DNA of 64,000 nt, taken from positions 4,223 through 68,222 of IMG/VR virus record IMGVR_UViG_3300031962_000003; one strand, 5' to 3'. Source of the stretch: a virus. Below the pieces are notes generated by a model that searched no databases, was not told the origin of the DNA, and was given only the letters and a program-made list of their open reading frames with translations. Both the position numbers and the translations under genes were made by a program. Positions within the stretch are counted from its first letter, which is position 1, and each line of letters opens with the position of its first letter. Below are positions 34,339-43,448 of this stretch, piece by piece.

Positions 34339-35127
34339 TCAGTAGTTCACGGTGAACGTCAGCCGATGGACCTTCCAGAGGTTCGGGAATGTGAGCGGAA
34401 TCTTCTGGGAGCCGATGAACGGGGGAGCCTTCCCTTCCGGGAGGGCGTGGCTCTCCGGCATCTGGACCTGGCTCCAGTCGGCCTTCCAGTTGACCAGCTC
34501 CTTGCTGTCGACCTTCAGGATCACGGAGTCGTGCCGGACGAAGCACTCGACCGTCGCCGGCTTGTCCTTCGTCAGGATCTGCCGGCCCGTGTCGACGATC
34601 TTCCCTCCTTGGATCCCGGCGTGGACGCCGGAGTCCGAGTCGATCCGGACGAGGAAGGGATGCCCGTCCCCGACGAGCCCCAAGTAGAAGTCCCCGATGC
34701 CGTCCTTCCGCTCGACGACCATGGAGACGTCGTACTCGTCGCCGAGCTTGACGGGGATCTCCAGGCGGGTCGGGTTGTCGCTCTTCAGGTCCATGGTCAT
34801 GACCGACCCCTGGATCTTCACCTCGATGCCGGCGTTCCCGTAGAGGCCGCGCTTCGGGTCGACCACAGTCAGGCCGTTGACGGTCCTGGTCTTCCCCTGC
34901 AGCTTCGAGAAGGTCGCCCCGGTCAGCGGGGACTCGACCGGGTCGATCACGACCTTATCGATCTCGGCCTTCCGGACCACCGTCTTCTTGCCATCCGGAG
35001 AGGTGATCTCATAGTTCTGGCCTTGGTCGACCAGAGACCGGAGAGGGATCGCCCGGCCGTCCTTCATCAGGACGTCGTCCGCCAGGCACGGGACCGAGAG
35101 AAGAGCGAGCATCAGCAGGGTCTTCAT
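34339..35127 (-). CDS. secreted beta-sandwich (lectin-like) protein
   Basis: Signal peptide MKTLLMLALLSVPCLA then DDVLMKDGR; beta-rich C-domain. Confidence 0.65.
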   Translation of the reverse strand: MKTLLMLALLSVPCLADDVLMKDGRAIPLRSLVDQGQNYEITSPDGKKTVVRKAEIDKVVIDPVESPLTGATFSKLQGKTRTVNGLTVVDPKRGLYGNAGIEVKIQGSVMTMDLKSDNPTRLEIPVKLGDEYDVSMVVERKDGIGDFYLGLVGDGHPFLVRIDSDSGVHAGIQGGKIVDTGRQILTKDKPATVECFVRHDSVILKVDSKELVNWKADWSQVQMPESHALPEGKAPPFIGSQKIPLTFPNLWKVHRLTFTVNY

Positions 35128-35137
35128 ACGGACCTCC

Positions 35138-35293
35138 TCACTTCTTTCCGGAACGACGGGGGCGGTTCCAGTAGGGCGAGCGACAGAGCGGCTTCCCGCA
35201 TCGGGCGGCCTCCTTGGTCCTGGAGAGCCAGGAGCCCCTGCAGCGCAGGCAGGTCAGCTCGTACATCATCACTTCCTTCGCTTGGTTCCTCAT
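35138..35293 (-). CDS. small Zn-ribbon protein, possibly leaderless
   Basis: CLRC...W...C...CRSPYW; ATG about 7 nt after the -10 box. Confidence 0.55.
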   Translation of the reverse strand: MRNQAKEVMMYELTCLRCRGSWLSRTKEAARCGKPLCRSPYWNRPRRSGKK

Positions 35294-35300
35294 GTCAAAG

Positions 35301-35329
35301 ATGGTACCTAACTTTGGGTGTTTTGTCAA
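35301..35329 (-). promoter_or_regulatory. sigma70-type promoter
   Basis: TTGACA-N17-TACCAT on the - strand. Confidence 0.7.
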
Positions 35330-35967
35330 GTTCCCTGCGGAAAGTGCTTCAAATAATTGTAGTAGGCCAGGGTCTCCCGGAGGAAGACGAAGGAGTCCTT
35401 GTTTGCCTGGTACAGGTTGTTGAAAAAATGGAAGTCCTCACCGCCATACTTCGTGAAGTCGTACCGATGAGGGCCGATGAGTCGGATATCGACCGCAAAC
35501 ATCGTGTTGTCGACCTTCCCGAACTGCATCAGGTTCGGGAGGGCGACGAGGTTTCCGATCGCGTCCCAGCGCTGCTGGCCAAAGACGAAGGCGCGGGCGG
35601 CAGGATTCGCCGCGCGGGCCACCTCGAGCCTCACGAAGAAGTCCGGGTGGACGATATTGTCGTCGTCGAGGAGGTGGTAGTAACAGTGAACCCCGTTAGC
35701 GGCCAGGACGTCGATCCCCATGTTTTTCTGGGCGATCCCGAAGATGCAGCGGCCGCCCGGGTACATGGTCCTCCAGATAGCGAGCGACGGCGGACGTGCC
35801 TGGAGCTGGCTGTCGACCTCCGGTGGGAGCTTCCCGGGCTCGTCGATGACCAGGACCCATACGACGTCTGAGCCCTTCGACTTCTCGAGCGCCTGGATGA
35901 GCGACCGGTGGATCGCCGGAAGATTCACGGCCCTCGAGACGGCCGTCACGATCCCAAAAGTGGTCAT
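35326..35967 (-). CDS. GT-A fold glycosyltransferase
   Basis: IVTAVSR..NL, QKNMGID, LLDDDN, VDN, EDFHF. Confidence 0.75.
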   Translation of the reverse strand: MTTFGIVTAVSRAVNLPAIHRSLIQALEKSKGSDVVWVLVIDEPGKLPPEVDSQLQARPPSLAIWRTMYPGGRCIFGIAQKNMGIDVLAANGVHCYYHLLDDDNIVHPDFFVRLEVARAANPAARAFVFGQQRWDAIGNLVALPNLMQFGKVDNTMFAVDIRLIGPHRYDFTKYGGEDFHFFNNLYQANKDSFVFLRETLAYYNYLKHFPQGT

Positions 35968-36692
35968 TGCCCCATCCTCCCGTATTTCGGATGCGTTCGG
36001 ATCGCGGCCCGTTCCGCGTCCGTGAGTTTGTGCCAGACCGGCCAGCGGCCCTCCCGGACCTCCCGCCAGACCGCGAAGGAGGTGTCGTACTCCAGCTTCT
36101 GGTCGAGCTCCTTCCGTTCGAGCGCGGCGGCCGTCGAGGCGGATCCGCGGTGCCAGACCGGGCAGGCGTGGACCCGGACGGTCGACAGGTTGTAGGACTC
36201 CTGGGCCCGCCGGATGATGTCGCTGTCCTGCATGTAGAAGCGCATCCGCTCGTCGACGCCCTTCAGGAGCTCCCAGGTGGCCCTGGAGGTCATCGCGATG
36301 AAGAACTGGACCTCGGCGGTCGTCAGGCGGGCGTCCGCGGCCCGCTCCCGGGCAAGCTCCTCCATCCGGGACCGGTCCGGCATCGGCTCGGCCGTCGGCG
36401 ACGAGCCGAACGGGTCCGGCGTCGCGATCCCGACGCCGTCCTTGAGCGCGCCGGCGAGCCGCTCGTCCCAGCCCGGCGAGAGGGCGATGTCCGGATTCAT
36501 GATGACGACGTAGTCGCCTTTCCCGCCGGCGGCCAGGTCGTTCCAGAGCGCCGAGAGCGTCCGCGTGTTCCCGAAGTTGTCGAAGTAGTGGACGGTCCGC
36601 GGCATCGAGGTCATCGACTCGATGTCCTTCCGGAGCCGCGGCAGGAACATCTCGGACCGGTAGCCGACCAGGACGATGTCAACGCTCTTCAT
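35964..36692 (-). CDS. GT2-family glycosyltransferase
   Basis: DIVLVGY, WN, VIMNPDI, GVDERMRFYMQDSD, VWHRGSAS. Confidence 0.8.
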   Translation of the reverse strand: MKSVDIVLVGYRSEMFLPRLRKDIESMTSMPRTVHYFDNFGNTRTLSALWNDLAAGGKGDYVVIMNPDIALSPGWDERLAGALKDGVGIATPDPFGSSPTAEPMPDRSRMEELARERAADARLTTAEVQFFIAMTSRATWELLKGVDERMRFYMQDSDIIRRAQESYNLSTVRVHACPVWHRGSASTAAALERKELDQKLEYDTSFAVWREVREGRWPVWHKLTDAERAAIRTHPKYGRMGQ

Positions 36693-36700
36693 GGCAGTCC

Positions 36701-37300
36701 TCAGTACACGTAGGCGATAAAGTGGTCGACCCACACGACGGCTCCGTCCTTCTCGGGGTACTTGTCCAGCGTCGAGCGGACGAAGTTGAAGTCGCCGGCG
36801 TACTGTTCCTCGAACTTTCCGAGCCTCGACGGGACGTTCGGGGTGACCATCATCGGCGACCCGATGTTCCCGAGGACGACGTCCTTGGACCGCCAGCAGA
36901 GCCCGTAGGTCCGCCTCGGGTCGCAGACCAGCATCTTGAAGATGTGGGGTCGATCGGGGGCCTTGGAGACGGCCTCCCGGACCGCCGCGAGAGCTCCGGG
37001 AGCGTAGGCGTCGTCGTCGTCCATGAACGCCAGGTGCGTTCCGGACGCGACCCCGATCCCGACGTTCCTCTGCGTGTTGCCGTACACGCCGGTCTTCGGC
37101 CCCTGGATGAACTTCGCCTTCGGAAACCAGGTGGCGTAGAAGTCCATGATCCTTCTGGCACCCTCCGACGGGCCGTCGCTGACAACGATCAGCTCGTCCC
37201 TGCCGCCGTCGAACCCGGCGTCCAGGATGCTTCGCAGGGTCCTCGACAGGGTCGGCTTCCCGACCGTCGGGATGATCACCGAGAGCTTCACGTCGTTCAT
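36701..37300 (-). CDS. GT2-family glycosyltransferase
   Basis: SVIIPTVG, IVVSDG, QRNVGI, FMDDDD, GDFNF. Confidence 0.85.
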   Translation of the reverse strand: MNDVKLSVIIPTVGKPTLSRTLRSILDAGFDGGRDELIVVSDGPSEGARRIMDFYATWFPKAKFIQGPKTGVYGNTQRNVGIGVASGTHLAFMDDDDAYAPGALAAVREAVSKAPDRPHIFKMLVCDPRRTYGLCWRSKDVVLGNIGSPMMVTPNVPSRLGKFEEQYAGDFNFVRSTLDKYPEKDGAVVWVDHFIAYVY

Positions 37301-39057
37301 GGCTTTCCCTCCATCAGTGCCTGCATGAGCTCGCCGGCGGCGGCGTCCCAGGTGTACCGGCTGAGGATCCTCGTCCTGAGCGCAGCCGCCCGAAGCACAG
37401 CGCGCGGACTGTTCGTGCGGACCTCCCTGAGCCTCTCGGAGAACTCGTCGATCGCCCGGTCCCCGTAGTGGACGAACTCCTGGTCCTTGTACCACGGGGA
37501 GATCCGCTCTCCTCCGGGAATCTTCCGGAAGCCGTCCGGCTCGAACAGGAAGGAGTTCTCCTGCGTCAGGAACTCCGCGTACGAGAAGGCCCGCGGCGCG
37601 ACGACCGGCAGGCCGCAGGCGGACGCCTCGACGAGCGGCAGACCGAAGCCCTCCCCGCGGGAGGCGCAAATGTACCCGTCGCAGGCCCGGTAGATCCCGG
37701 CCATCTGCTCCTCGGAGAACTTCCCCTCGAGGACGTAGATCCGGGACCGGCAGGCCGCCAGGCCGCCGCGGACGAGCTCGCCGGGGCTCGCGCTGTCCAT
37801 GTTCGAGTACGAGACGCAGAAGACGAGCGCCGCGTCGGGGTCGCCGGCGAAGGCCTCCTCGAAGGCCCGGACGGCGACGTCGATCCCCTTCCGGAAGCTG
37901 GGGTTCGAGACGTTCACGAACAGGAACCCTTCCGGGATCTCGGAGTCGCCGGCACGATCGGTCGTGAGGAGCCGCGCCGGCGGGAGCTTCCCGCGCGGAC
38001 CGGGTCGGTAGTTGTGCTGGTCGACCCCGAGCGGAACCGTCCGGACCCTCGGCCGGACGCCGGCCTCCTCGAAGACCTGCTTGTTCCAGGCGGTCGGGAC
38101 CAGGACCTCGTCGTAGCCGTTCAGGAGCCGGACCAGGTCCTCGTGCAGGCCGCGCGTCTCCATCATCGTGAAGCAGGTCTTCCGGCCACGGCGGGCCTCC
38201 TCGCGCGGACCGAAGAAACGCAGGTACGGAGCCGTCGCGGCGACCCGGACCGCCTTGTGGGCGTCGACCAGGGCCCGCACGTACTCGTCGACGAAGACGC
38301 CCTCCTTATCGAGCTCGTCCCGCGGGATCGAGATCCGGTACGTGTTGGCGACGCGGTGCAGGAGCTCCCTATTCGCCTTCCCGTAGCCGGAGTGGTCGAG
38401 GAAGTGTCCCGACCATAGCAGCTGCCGGCCGGTCGGCTCGTGCGGCTGCTGGACGGTCTTCCGTTCAGCCAGCTTCAGCCTCGGGAGCGTGCCGCCGGCG
38501 ACCCGGAACGGGACCGGGTGCTCGACGATCGGGGTCGCCCGCGGCGCGAGCGGCCGCATGACCTTCTCGACCCAGTGGTACTCGGCCGGCAGGTACCGGA
38601 ATCGAATCGGACACTCCGCGAGGAAGTAGAGCAGGTTCTCCCGCTCGGTCCGGGTCGGGTTCTCCTGGTTCTCGAGTCGCCAGCGGTCGAGGACCTGACG
38701 GGAGGCATCGTTGTTCCTCCAAAACATCGTCCCGGTCCAGATGTAGCCGATGCCCATGAAGCGCATGGTCGACGGCAGGACGGACGCCCCGGAGCTCTGG
38801 TAGACGTACGCAGCCAGGTCGAAGTCAGGTGACCGGAAGATGTCGAGCGAGTCCCGGACGAGGCCACCGACGTCGACGTAGAGGACGTCGAAGCCCTTGT
38901 ACTGGTCGAGCATCGTCCGGACGAACGTCGCCCGGTCCACGGAACCTCCGGGGACCTCGACGACGTCCGACGGGACGCCGACCTCCGCGAAGGACCTCCG
39001 GAGGTCCTCGGCGTGCTGGCTCAAGCTGGACTCGTAGAACGAGACCCCGACGATCAT
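37297..39057 (-). CDS. two-domain glycosyltransferase (GT-A-like N-domain + GT4 C-domain)
   Basis: LYVDV...LPAEY; SGYG, RKGID, SRGEGFGLPLVEASACGLPV, YTWD. Confidence 0.85.
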   Translation of the reverse strand: MIVGVSFYESSLSQHAEDLRRSFAEVGVPSDVVEVPGGSVDRATFVRTMLDQYKGFDVLYVDVGGLVRDSLDIFRSPDFDLAAYVYQSSGASVLPSTMRFMGIGYIWTGTMFWRNNDASRQVLDRWRLENQENPTRTERENLLYFLAECPIRFRYLPAEYHWVEKVMRPLAPRATPIVEHPVPFRVAGGTLPRLKLAERKTVQQPHEPTGRQLLWSGHFLDHSGYGKANRELLHRVANTYRISIPRDELDKEGVFVDEYVRALVDAHKAVRVAATAPYLRFFGPREEARRGRKTCFTMMETRGLHEDLVRLLNGYDEVLVPTAWNKQVFEEAGVRPRVRTVPLGVDQHNYRPGPRGKLPPARLLTTDRAGDSEIPEGFLFVNVSNPSFRKGIDVAVRAFEEAFAGDPDAALVFCVSYSNMDSASPGELVRGGLAACRSRIYVLEGKFSEEQMAGIYRACDGYICASRGEGFGLPLVEASACGLPVVAPRAFSYAEFLTQENSFLFEPDGFRKIPGGERISPWYKDQEFVHYGDRAIDEFSERLREVRTNSPRAVLRAAALRTRILSRYTWDAAAGELMQALMEGKP

Positions 39058-39638
39058 CTGTTTCTCCTCTTCTGTTTTTTACTGCCATTCGTCGGCGTCT
39101 TTAGAGCCGCCTTTCCGTTTCTCCTCACGGACTCGATCGGCAGCTCGACCATCTCCAGACCAATAGCTGCCGGTTTCTTATCCTTCTCCAGGAACTGTCG
39201 GGCCCCCTCGCAGTGCGCCTCGTGCCGGCCGGAGCAGTTCGGACCGTTGTAGCCGAAGTCCTGGTGGACGTAACCGTGGCAGGCCGGGCACATCGAGATC
39301 GCCGGCTTCTGGCACTCGACACAGAGGGACGGAGGCTTGGACGGTACACACGAGTCCCCGTACATTCTCCGGGCCTCGTCGAGCGGAACCGGAATGCCGT
39401 GGCTCACCTTGAAGCTGACCGAGCGTGCGAGCTCCACGGATTTACCGGGAAGGGATAGAGGGGGTGCAGGGGGAGGAAGTGGCTCGAGATGGGTCGAGGA
39501 GATCGTCACCGACGGGTGGGCCGGTTCCTTCAGCATCCGATCGATACAGGACTTGTGGGCCAGGTTCATCTTCTCGTCGGAGAGCAGGGGCTCGCCGACG
39601 GCGATGTCGAGGCTGCAGATCGCGCAGGTGAATGACAT
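39054..39638 (-). CDS. Zn-finger protein
   Basis: CAIC...HKSC; CVEC...CPAC...H. Confidence 0.55.
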   Translation of the reverse strand: MSFTCAICSLDIAVGEPLLSDEKMNLAHKSCIDRMLKEPAHPSVTISSTHLEPLPPPAPPLSLPGKSVELARSVSFKVSHGIPVPLDEARRMYGDSCVPSKPPSLCVECQKPAISMCPACHGYVHQDFGYNGPNCSGRHEAHCEGARQFLEKDKKPAAIGLEMVELPIESVRRNGKAALKTPTNGSKKQKRRNR

Positions 39639-39645
39639 AGCTACC

Positions 39646-39888
39646 TCACAGAAATCGATCGAAGCCTTCGAGTTTCAGGTGGATTACCTTCCCCTTGACC
39701 GGGAAGTCCGACTGCCCATTGAAGTCGAACGGCCAGCCGGTCAGCTTGCCGTTCTGGACGAGATCCTCCAGGATCCACTTGCAGTTCGGAACGCAGCCGG
39801 GTCCGTCCGGTGTCTGCGGAATCTTCGTGAGAAGTACAGCTTTCAGTCCAGCGAGATCCCGGACCTGGAGCTCCTTGAGCGCGGCCAT
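39646..39888 (-). CDS. hypothetical protein
   Basis: SD GAGG, operon packing. Confidence 0.5.
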   Translation of the reverse strand: MAALKELQVRDLAGLKAVLLTKIPQTPDGPGCVPNCKWILEDLVQNGKLTGWPFDFNGQSDFPVKGKVIHLKLEGFDRFL

Positions 39889-39891
39889 CCT

Positions 39892-40149
39892 CTACCTCAC
39901 CACCCTGTACGTGCCGTGGAATCCACAGACCCGACAGGAGGTCTCGGATGACATCTCAACGAGTACTCCGATCTGCGGGTAAACTATGCGCTGTTGCTCG
40001 GTCGAGACGACTCGCGTCGCCTTGAAGACCGACCCGCAAGCTTCGCAGTAGACGAGCCGGGACTCCCAGAGTTCCGTGTAATCAGTCAATCTTAGCTCCG
40101 CAGCGCTTGCAGAACTTTCCACCAACCGAGACGAGCGTGACTTCGACAT
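39892..40149 (-). CDS. Zn-ribbon protein
   Basis: CEACG...CRVCG; SD GGAGG. Confidence 0.5.
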   Translation of the reverse strand: MSKSRSSRLVESSASAAELRLTDYTELWESRLVYCEACGSVFKATRVVSTEQQRIVYPQIGVLVEMSSETSCRVCGFHGTYRVVR

Positions 40150-40209
40150 GTCTCCTCCTCCACCAGCAGACGATTCGACCGATGATCAGACGGATCCGAA
40201 CGGCGGCGC

Positions 40210-40665
40210 TCATTTTCCCCAGACTTCCTGGATCCGGATGACAGACTCGATCGCCGCATCCTGGTCCGGTCCTTCCGGGATCGCGACCAGGTCGACGATC
40301 GTCTGACCGCAGGTCCCGGAGCGGCCGATCCGGAGCGGGGCCCGGAACTTCGGGTTCGCGATCAGGATCGTCAGGCCGGACGCCTCGAACATCGCCGCGT
40401 CCATACACTCGAGAGCCAGGAGCCCCTCATTTCCGGAGAGCTCGAACGGGTACTTACCTCCGTGAAGCTCCCGGACGAGCGACAGCCAGAGCGCCTTCTT
40501 CTCGCAGAAAACGTTCCGAGGTTCGCACGGGCAGACACCGGACCACTCCGAGCGACAGCGGATTCCCTCCCGCCAGAGTCGGCCTAGGACCGCTGCGCCC
40601 TTCAGGAGCCGCTGCGGGATCACAGCTCGCTGCTTCGCGGCGATCGTCTCTTGGATCGTGGTCAT
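40210..40665 (-). CDS. hypothetical protein
   Basis: First ORF downstream of the candidate origin. Confidence 0.5.
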   Translation of the reverse strand: MTTIQETIAAKQRAVIPQRLLKGAAVLGRLWREGIRCRSEWSGVCPCEPRNVFCEKKALWLSLVRELHGGKYPFELSGNEGLLALECMDAAMFEASGLTILIANPKFRAPLRIGRSGTCGQTIVDLVAIPEGPDQDAAIESVIRIQEVWGK

Positions 40666-40714
40666 TTTACCCTCAAAATCATATCTAACATTGGCACTCT
40701 ACTGTGGTTTTTCA

Positions 40715-40867
40715 AGTGACAAATCAGTGACAAAAGTGACAGTTCAGGCCTATTCTAGTCCGCATTCCGACCACATAGAAATATCCTCTACACATAATAT
40801 TTTTATCAACCTCAAAAACGAGGAGAGAATAGAGTCGTTCTGTCACTTTTGTCACTGATTTGTCACT
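40715..40867. repeat. candidate replication origin: perfect 28-bp inverted repeat with GTGACA iterons
   Basis: AGTGACAAATCAGTGACAAAAGTGACAG at 40715-40742 and its reverse complement at 40840-40867, AT-rich 97-nt spacer, next to the primase gene. Confidence 0.75.
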
Positions 40868-40884
40868 AGACATGCAAAATTCTC

Positions 40885-43311
40885 TCAAAAATCAATGTTT
40901 TTCTGTTTCGGCTCTCCTGGGCCTGAACGATGCTCAGGTTTCGCAAACTGCACGACTTCGTCGGAAGCTCCAGTCGGCGGACCTCCATTTGACCACATTA
41001 GGCCACCCCAACCGCGCGCTGGCCCGCGTCGGACCTCTCTAACATTTGCCCCTCGAATCGTGCGGTTGAACTCTCGCGTCGACATCGGTTTTCGACCTGA
41101 CTCTTCGGACCAAACCTTGTACCTCTCGTAGACGAGCGGGCCCGGAAGCCAGCCGTTCGGGTCGTCGATCCGGCAGCAGTCCCGGAGGAAATCATAGGCC
41201 GAGTTACAGTCCCGACGATACTCCTCGAGCGCGTCGTGCGAGGATCCCGGGATCGTGAACTTCCGGCGTTCGAGAAGCCGGCGCAGGCCAGCAACCGCGT
41301 GGACCAGTAGTGCCGGCAGGAGTCCAGGCTCTGCCGCGAGCGTCGCTGAATAGTCTTTCACCTCATCGCTCGTATCACGGATCCGGCGATTGAACTCGAC
41401 GAATAGGAACCGATCGAAGTATGCCGACGAGCGGTCCGTGGCTCGTGGCATCTGGTTCGTTGCGAAGATCATCCGGCAAAACGGCCGGAACGAGAACGGA
41501 GCCTTCCCCTTCTCCTCTGCCTTGATTGGGTTTCCGTCGACGATCTGCTTGAAGATCCCGGTGTTCTCGAGCGCCTTCGCCTCGAGCTCGTCGTAGAAGT
41601 TCGCTAGCTTCCCGATCAGACCGGATGCAGCGAAACGTTCTTCGGTCAGATTGTGGAGCGAGTAGTACGAAATGTTCTTGTCACCGATCAGGTACTCGAG
41701 GAGCTCAAGGAAGGTCGACTTTCCGTTCCCACCCTCACCGACCAGGACGAGGCACTTCGTCATCGACGTGTCCGGGATCATCATGTAGCCGGCAAACTCG
41801 CCGACGAGTGAGATCGCGTCCTCCGGAAGGACGGTCCGGAAGAAAGCCTCAAGTTTCTCGGACTTCGCGTCTGGGTTCCAGGAGATCGGAATCTGGATCG
41901 TTGAGAGGTATTTCGGATCGTGCGGAAGAAGTTCGCCGGTCCGCCAGTCGAGCATCCCGTTCTGGACATTGACAAGGTCCTTTGCTCGGCGGTCCATTTC
42001 GTCGTACGGCTTCTTCGAGAACTCCGTGATGAGCTCGACGACTTCGGTCAGGTGCTTGTCCCTTAGAATCTTCCCTAGCGCCTTCACGACCTCCCGTCGG
42101 GCGAAATCAAAGCCACCTGGACGAAAGGCTCCGCCACGGTAGACGTAGAGCTTGACGCCCTTCCCGTCGTCCCCGATAGGTGTCGCGACGAACTTATTCT
42201 CAGACATGATGTGCGCGGCAAGCACAGCTGGGATGAGCTTCCCGTTCTCGTCGAACCATGGGGGACCATCGTCGTCTCCACGATGCTCGGGTTCCTTCTT
42301 ACGCTCTTTACGCTCTTCTTTCTCCTCGGCACGCTTAATCTCCTCCTTCGCCCAGATATCCTCGACGATCTTCTCGATCTCGTCATCCGGAAGCGGCGGC
42401 CGGTTCTTTTTGTTCCAGTCGGTGATCGCGTAGAGAGCGAGTTTCTTTGTCTTGAGCTTCGCGCAGTAGTGCCCAGCGAGCGCTACCGCGGACAGGTGTC
42501 GTCCGCCGTATGGGCCTCCGGACTCGTCGACGCCGCCCTTAATCTCCTCGATCTTCGGGTCGCGCGACGATGATGAAGAGATTTTTGATCGCTCCTTTTC
42601 CTCCTGTTCGAGCTCGAGATCCTCCTTGCTCTTCTTGAGGTCCGCGACTGCGAACTCCTGGAAACGTCCGATCGGGAAGCGCTCCCAGGTCGCCTCGGCG
42701 ACCGTGCAGTGCTTTGGGTCTTTCGGCTCTTTCAGGTTCAGAAAGCCAGGGAGCCGTAGGATTCGGCGTGGGTCGTGGATCGTGTCGGAGTCCGCGAAGT
42801 AACCCTGGATCCCGGCGCAGACTGGACGGGCTAGCTCATTTGGGTACGGCTTGTCGAAGAGCCAGTAGGCGTGTAGGCCACGTCCTGATTCGATAATGAC
42901 GGACGGCCCAAGTCCTCTGGCCCGGAGATCTTCGACGGTCTCATAGAACTTTTTCCGGATCCCCTCCTCGTTCCCATGGAAATCGACGTCGACCCAGGCG
43001 GCGACGTAATGAGAAACATCCGGATTTTTCCCGTGCTTTCGTGGCCTGCGGAAGCGTGGGTTGACACCGTGGTGGATATTCTCGACCTGGGTTCGATTCA
43101 GGTGGTCGAGCTGCTTGGCGATCGTCGGCCAGTCGGAGAGGACCTGGCCGACCGTGTAGAAGAGTGCCCGCATCCGCTGGTCGTCGTGCTTCTCCAGTGT
43201 CGGACGGTACTGGAGTAAGTTAAACTCGACGATCCAGTCGGCCGGGGCGATCTCCCAGAGCGCCCGTACGAACTGTGCCGAAGCGACCGGCTCCGGCAGC
43301 GTGTCAGCCAT
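40885..43311 (-). CDS. primase-helicase (RepB-like primase + PriCT + D5/P4-type SF3 helicase)
   Basis: DVDFH, ESGRGLHAYW, RILRLPG; WN...PPL; NVQNGMLD; Walker A GEGGNGKST; FATNQMP. Confidence 0.9.
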   Translation of the reverse strand: MADTLPEPVASAQFVRALWEIAPADWIVEFNLLQYRPTLEKHDDQRMRALFYTVGQVLSDWPTIAKQLDHLNRTQVENIHHGVNPRFRRPRKHGKNPDVSHYVAAWVDVDFHGNEEGIRKKFYETVEDLRARGLGPSVIIESGRGLHAYWLFDKPYPNELARPVCAGIQGYFADSDTIHDPRRILRLPGFLNLKEPKDPKHCTVAEATWERFPIGRFQEFAVADLKKSKEDLELEQEEKERSKISSSSSRDPKIEEIKGGVDESGGPYGGRHLSAVALAGHYCAKLKTKKLALYAITDWNKKNRPPLPDDEIEKIVEDIWAKEEIKRAEEKEERKERKKEPEHRGDDDGPPWFDENGKLIPAVLAAHIMSENKFVATPIGDDGKGVKLYVYRGGAFRPGGFDFARREVVKALGKILRDKHLTEVVELITEFSKKPYDEMDRRAKDLVNVQNGMLDWRTGELLPHDPKYLSTIQIPISWNPDAKSEKLEAFFRTVLPEDAISLVGEFAGYMMIPDTSMTKCLVLVGEGGNGKSTFLELLEYLIGDKNISYYSLHNLTEERFAASGLIGKLANFYDELEAKALENTGIFKQIVDGNPIKAEEKGKAPFSFRPFCRMIFATNQMPRATDRSSAYFDRFLFVEFNRRIRDTSDEVKDYSATLAAEPGLLPALLVHAVAGLRRLLERRKFTIPGSSHDALEEYRRDCNSAYDFLRDCCRIDDPNGWLPGPLVYERYKVWSEESGRKPMSTREFNRTIRGANVREVRRGPARGWGGLMWSNGGPPTGASDEVVQFAKPEHRSGPGEPKQKNIDF

Positions 43312-43448
43312 TGAACCCTCTCTACCAGTGCGTTCCCACCCGTCTTAGTCGGTTCACCCCGTCGCTGCGGACGCGGGGAGATATGGGAGGAGGACCCGCG
43401 TCCGCAGCATGGAGAGAAGGGGGAGGGGATGCTCCCCCTGGGTACGCG

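Noticed and set aside
40693-40716. Full motif-1 site or promoter at the origin
   Set aside because: Only the left arm (GGCACTCTA) matches, and TTGAAA has no properly spaced -10 box
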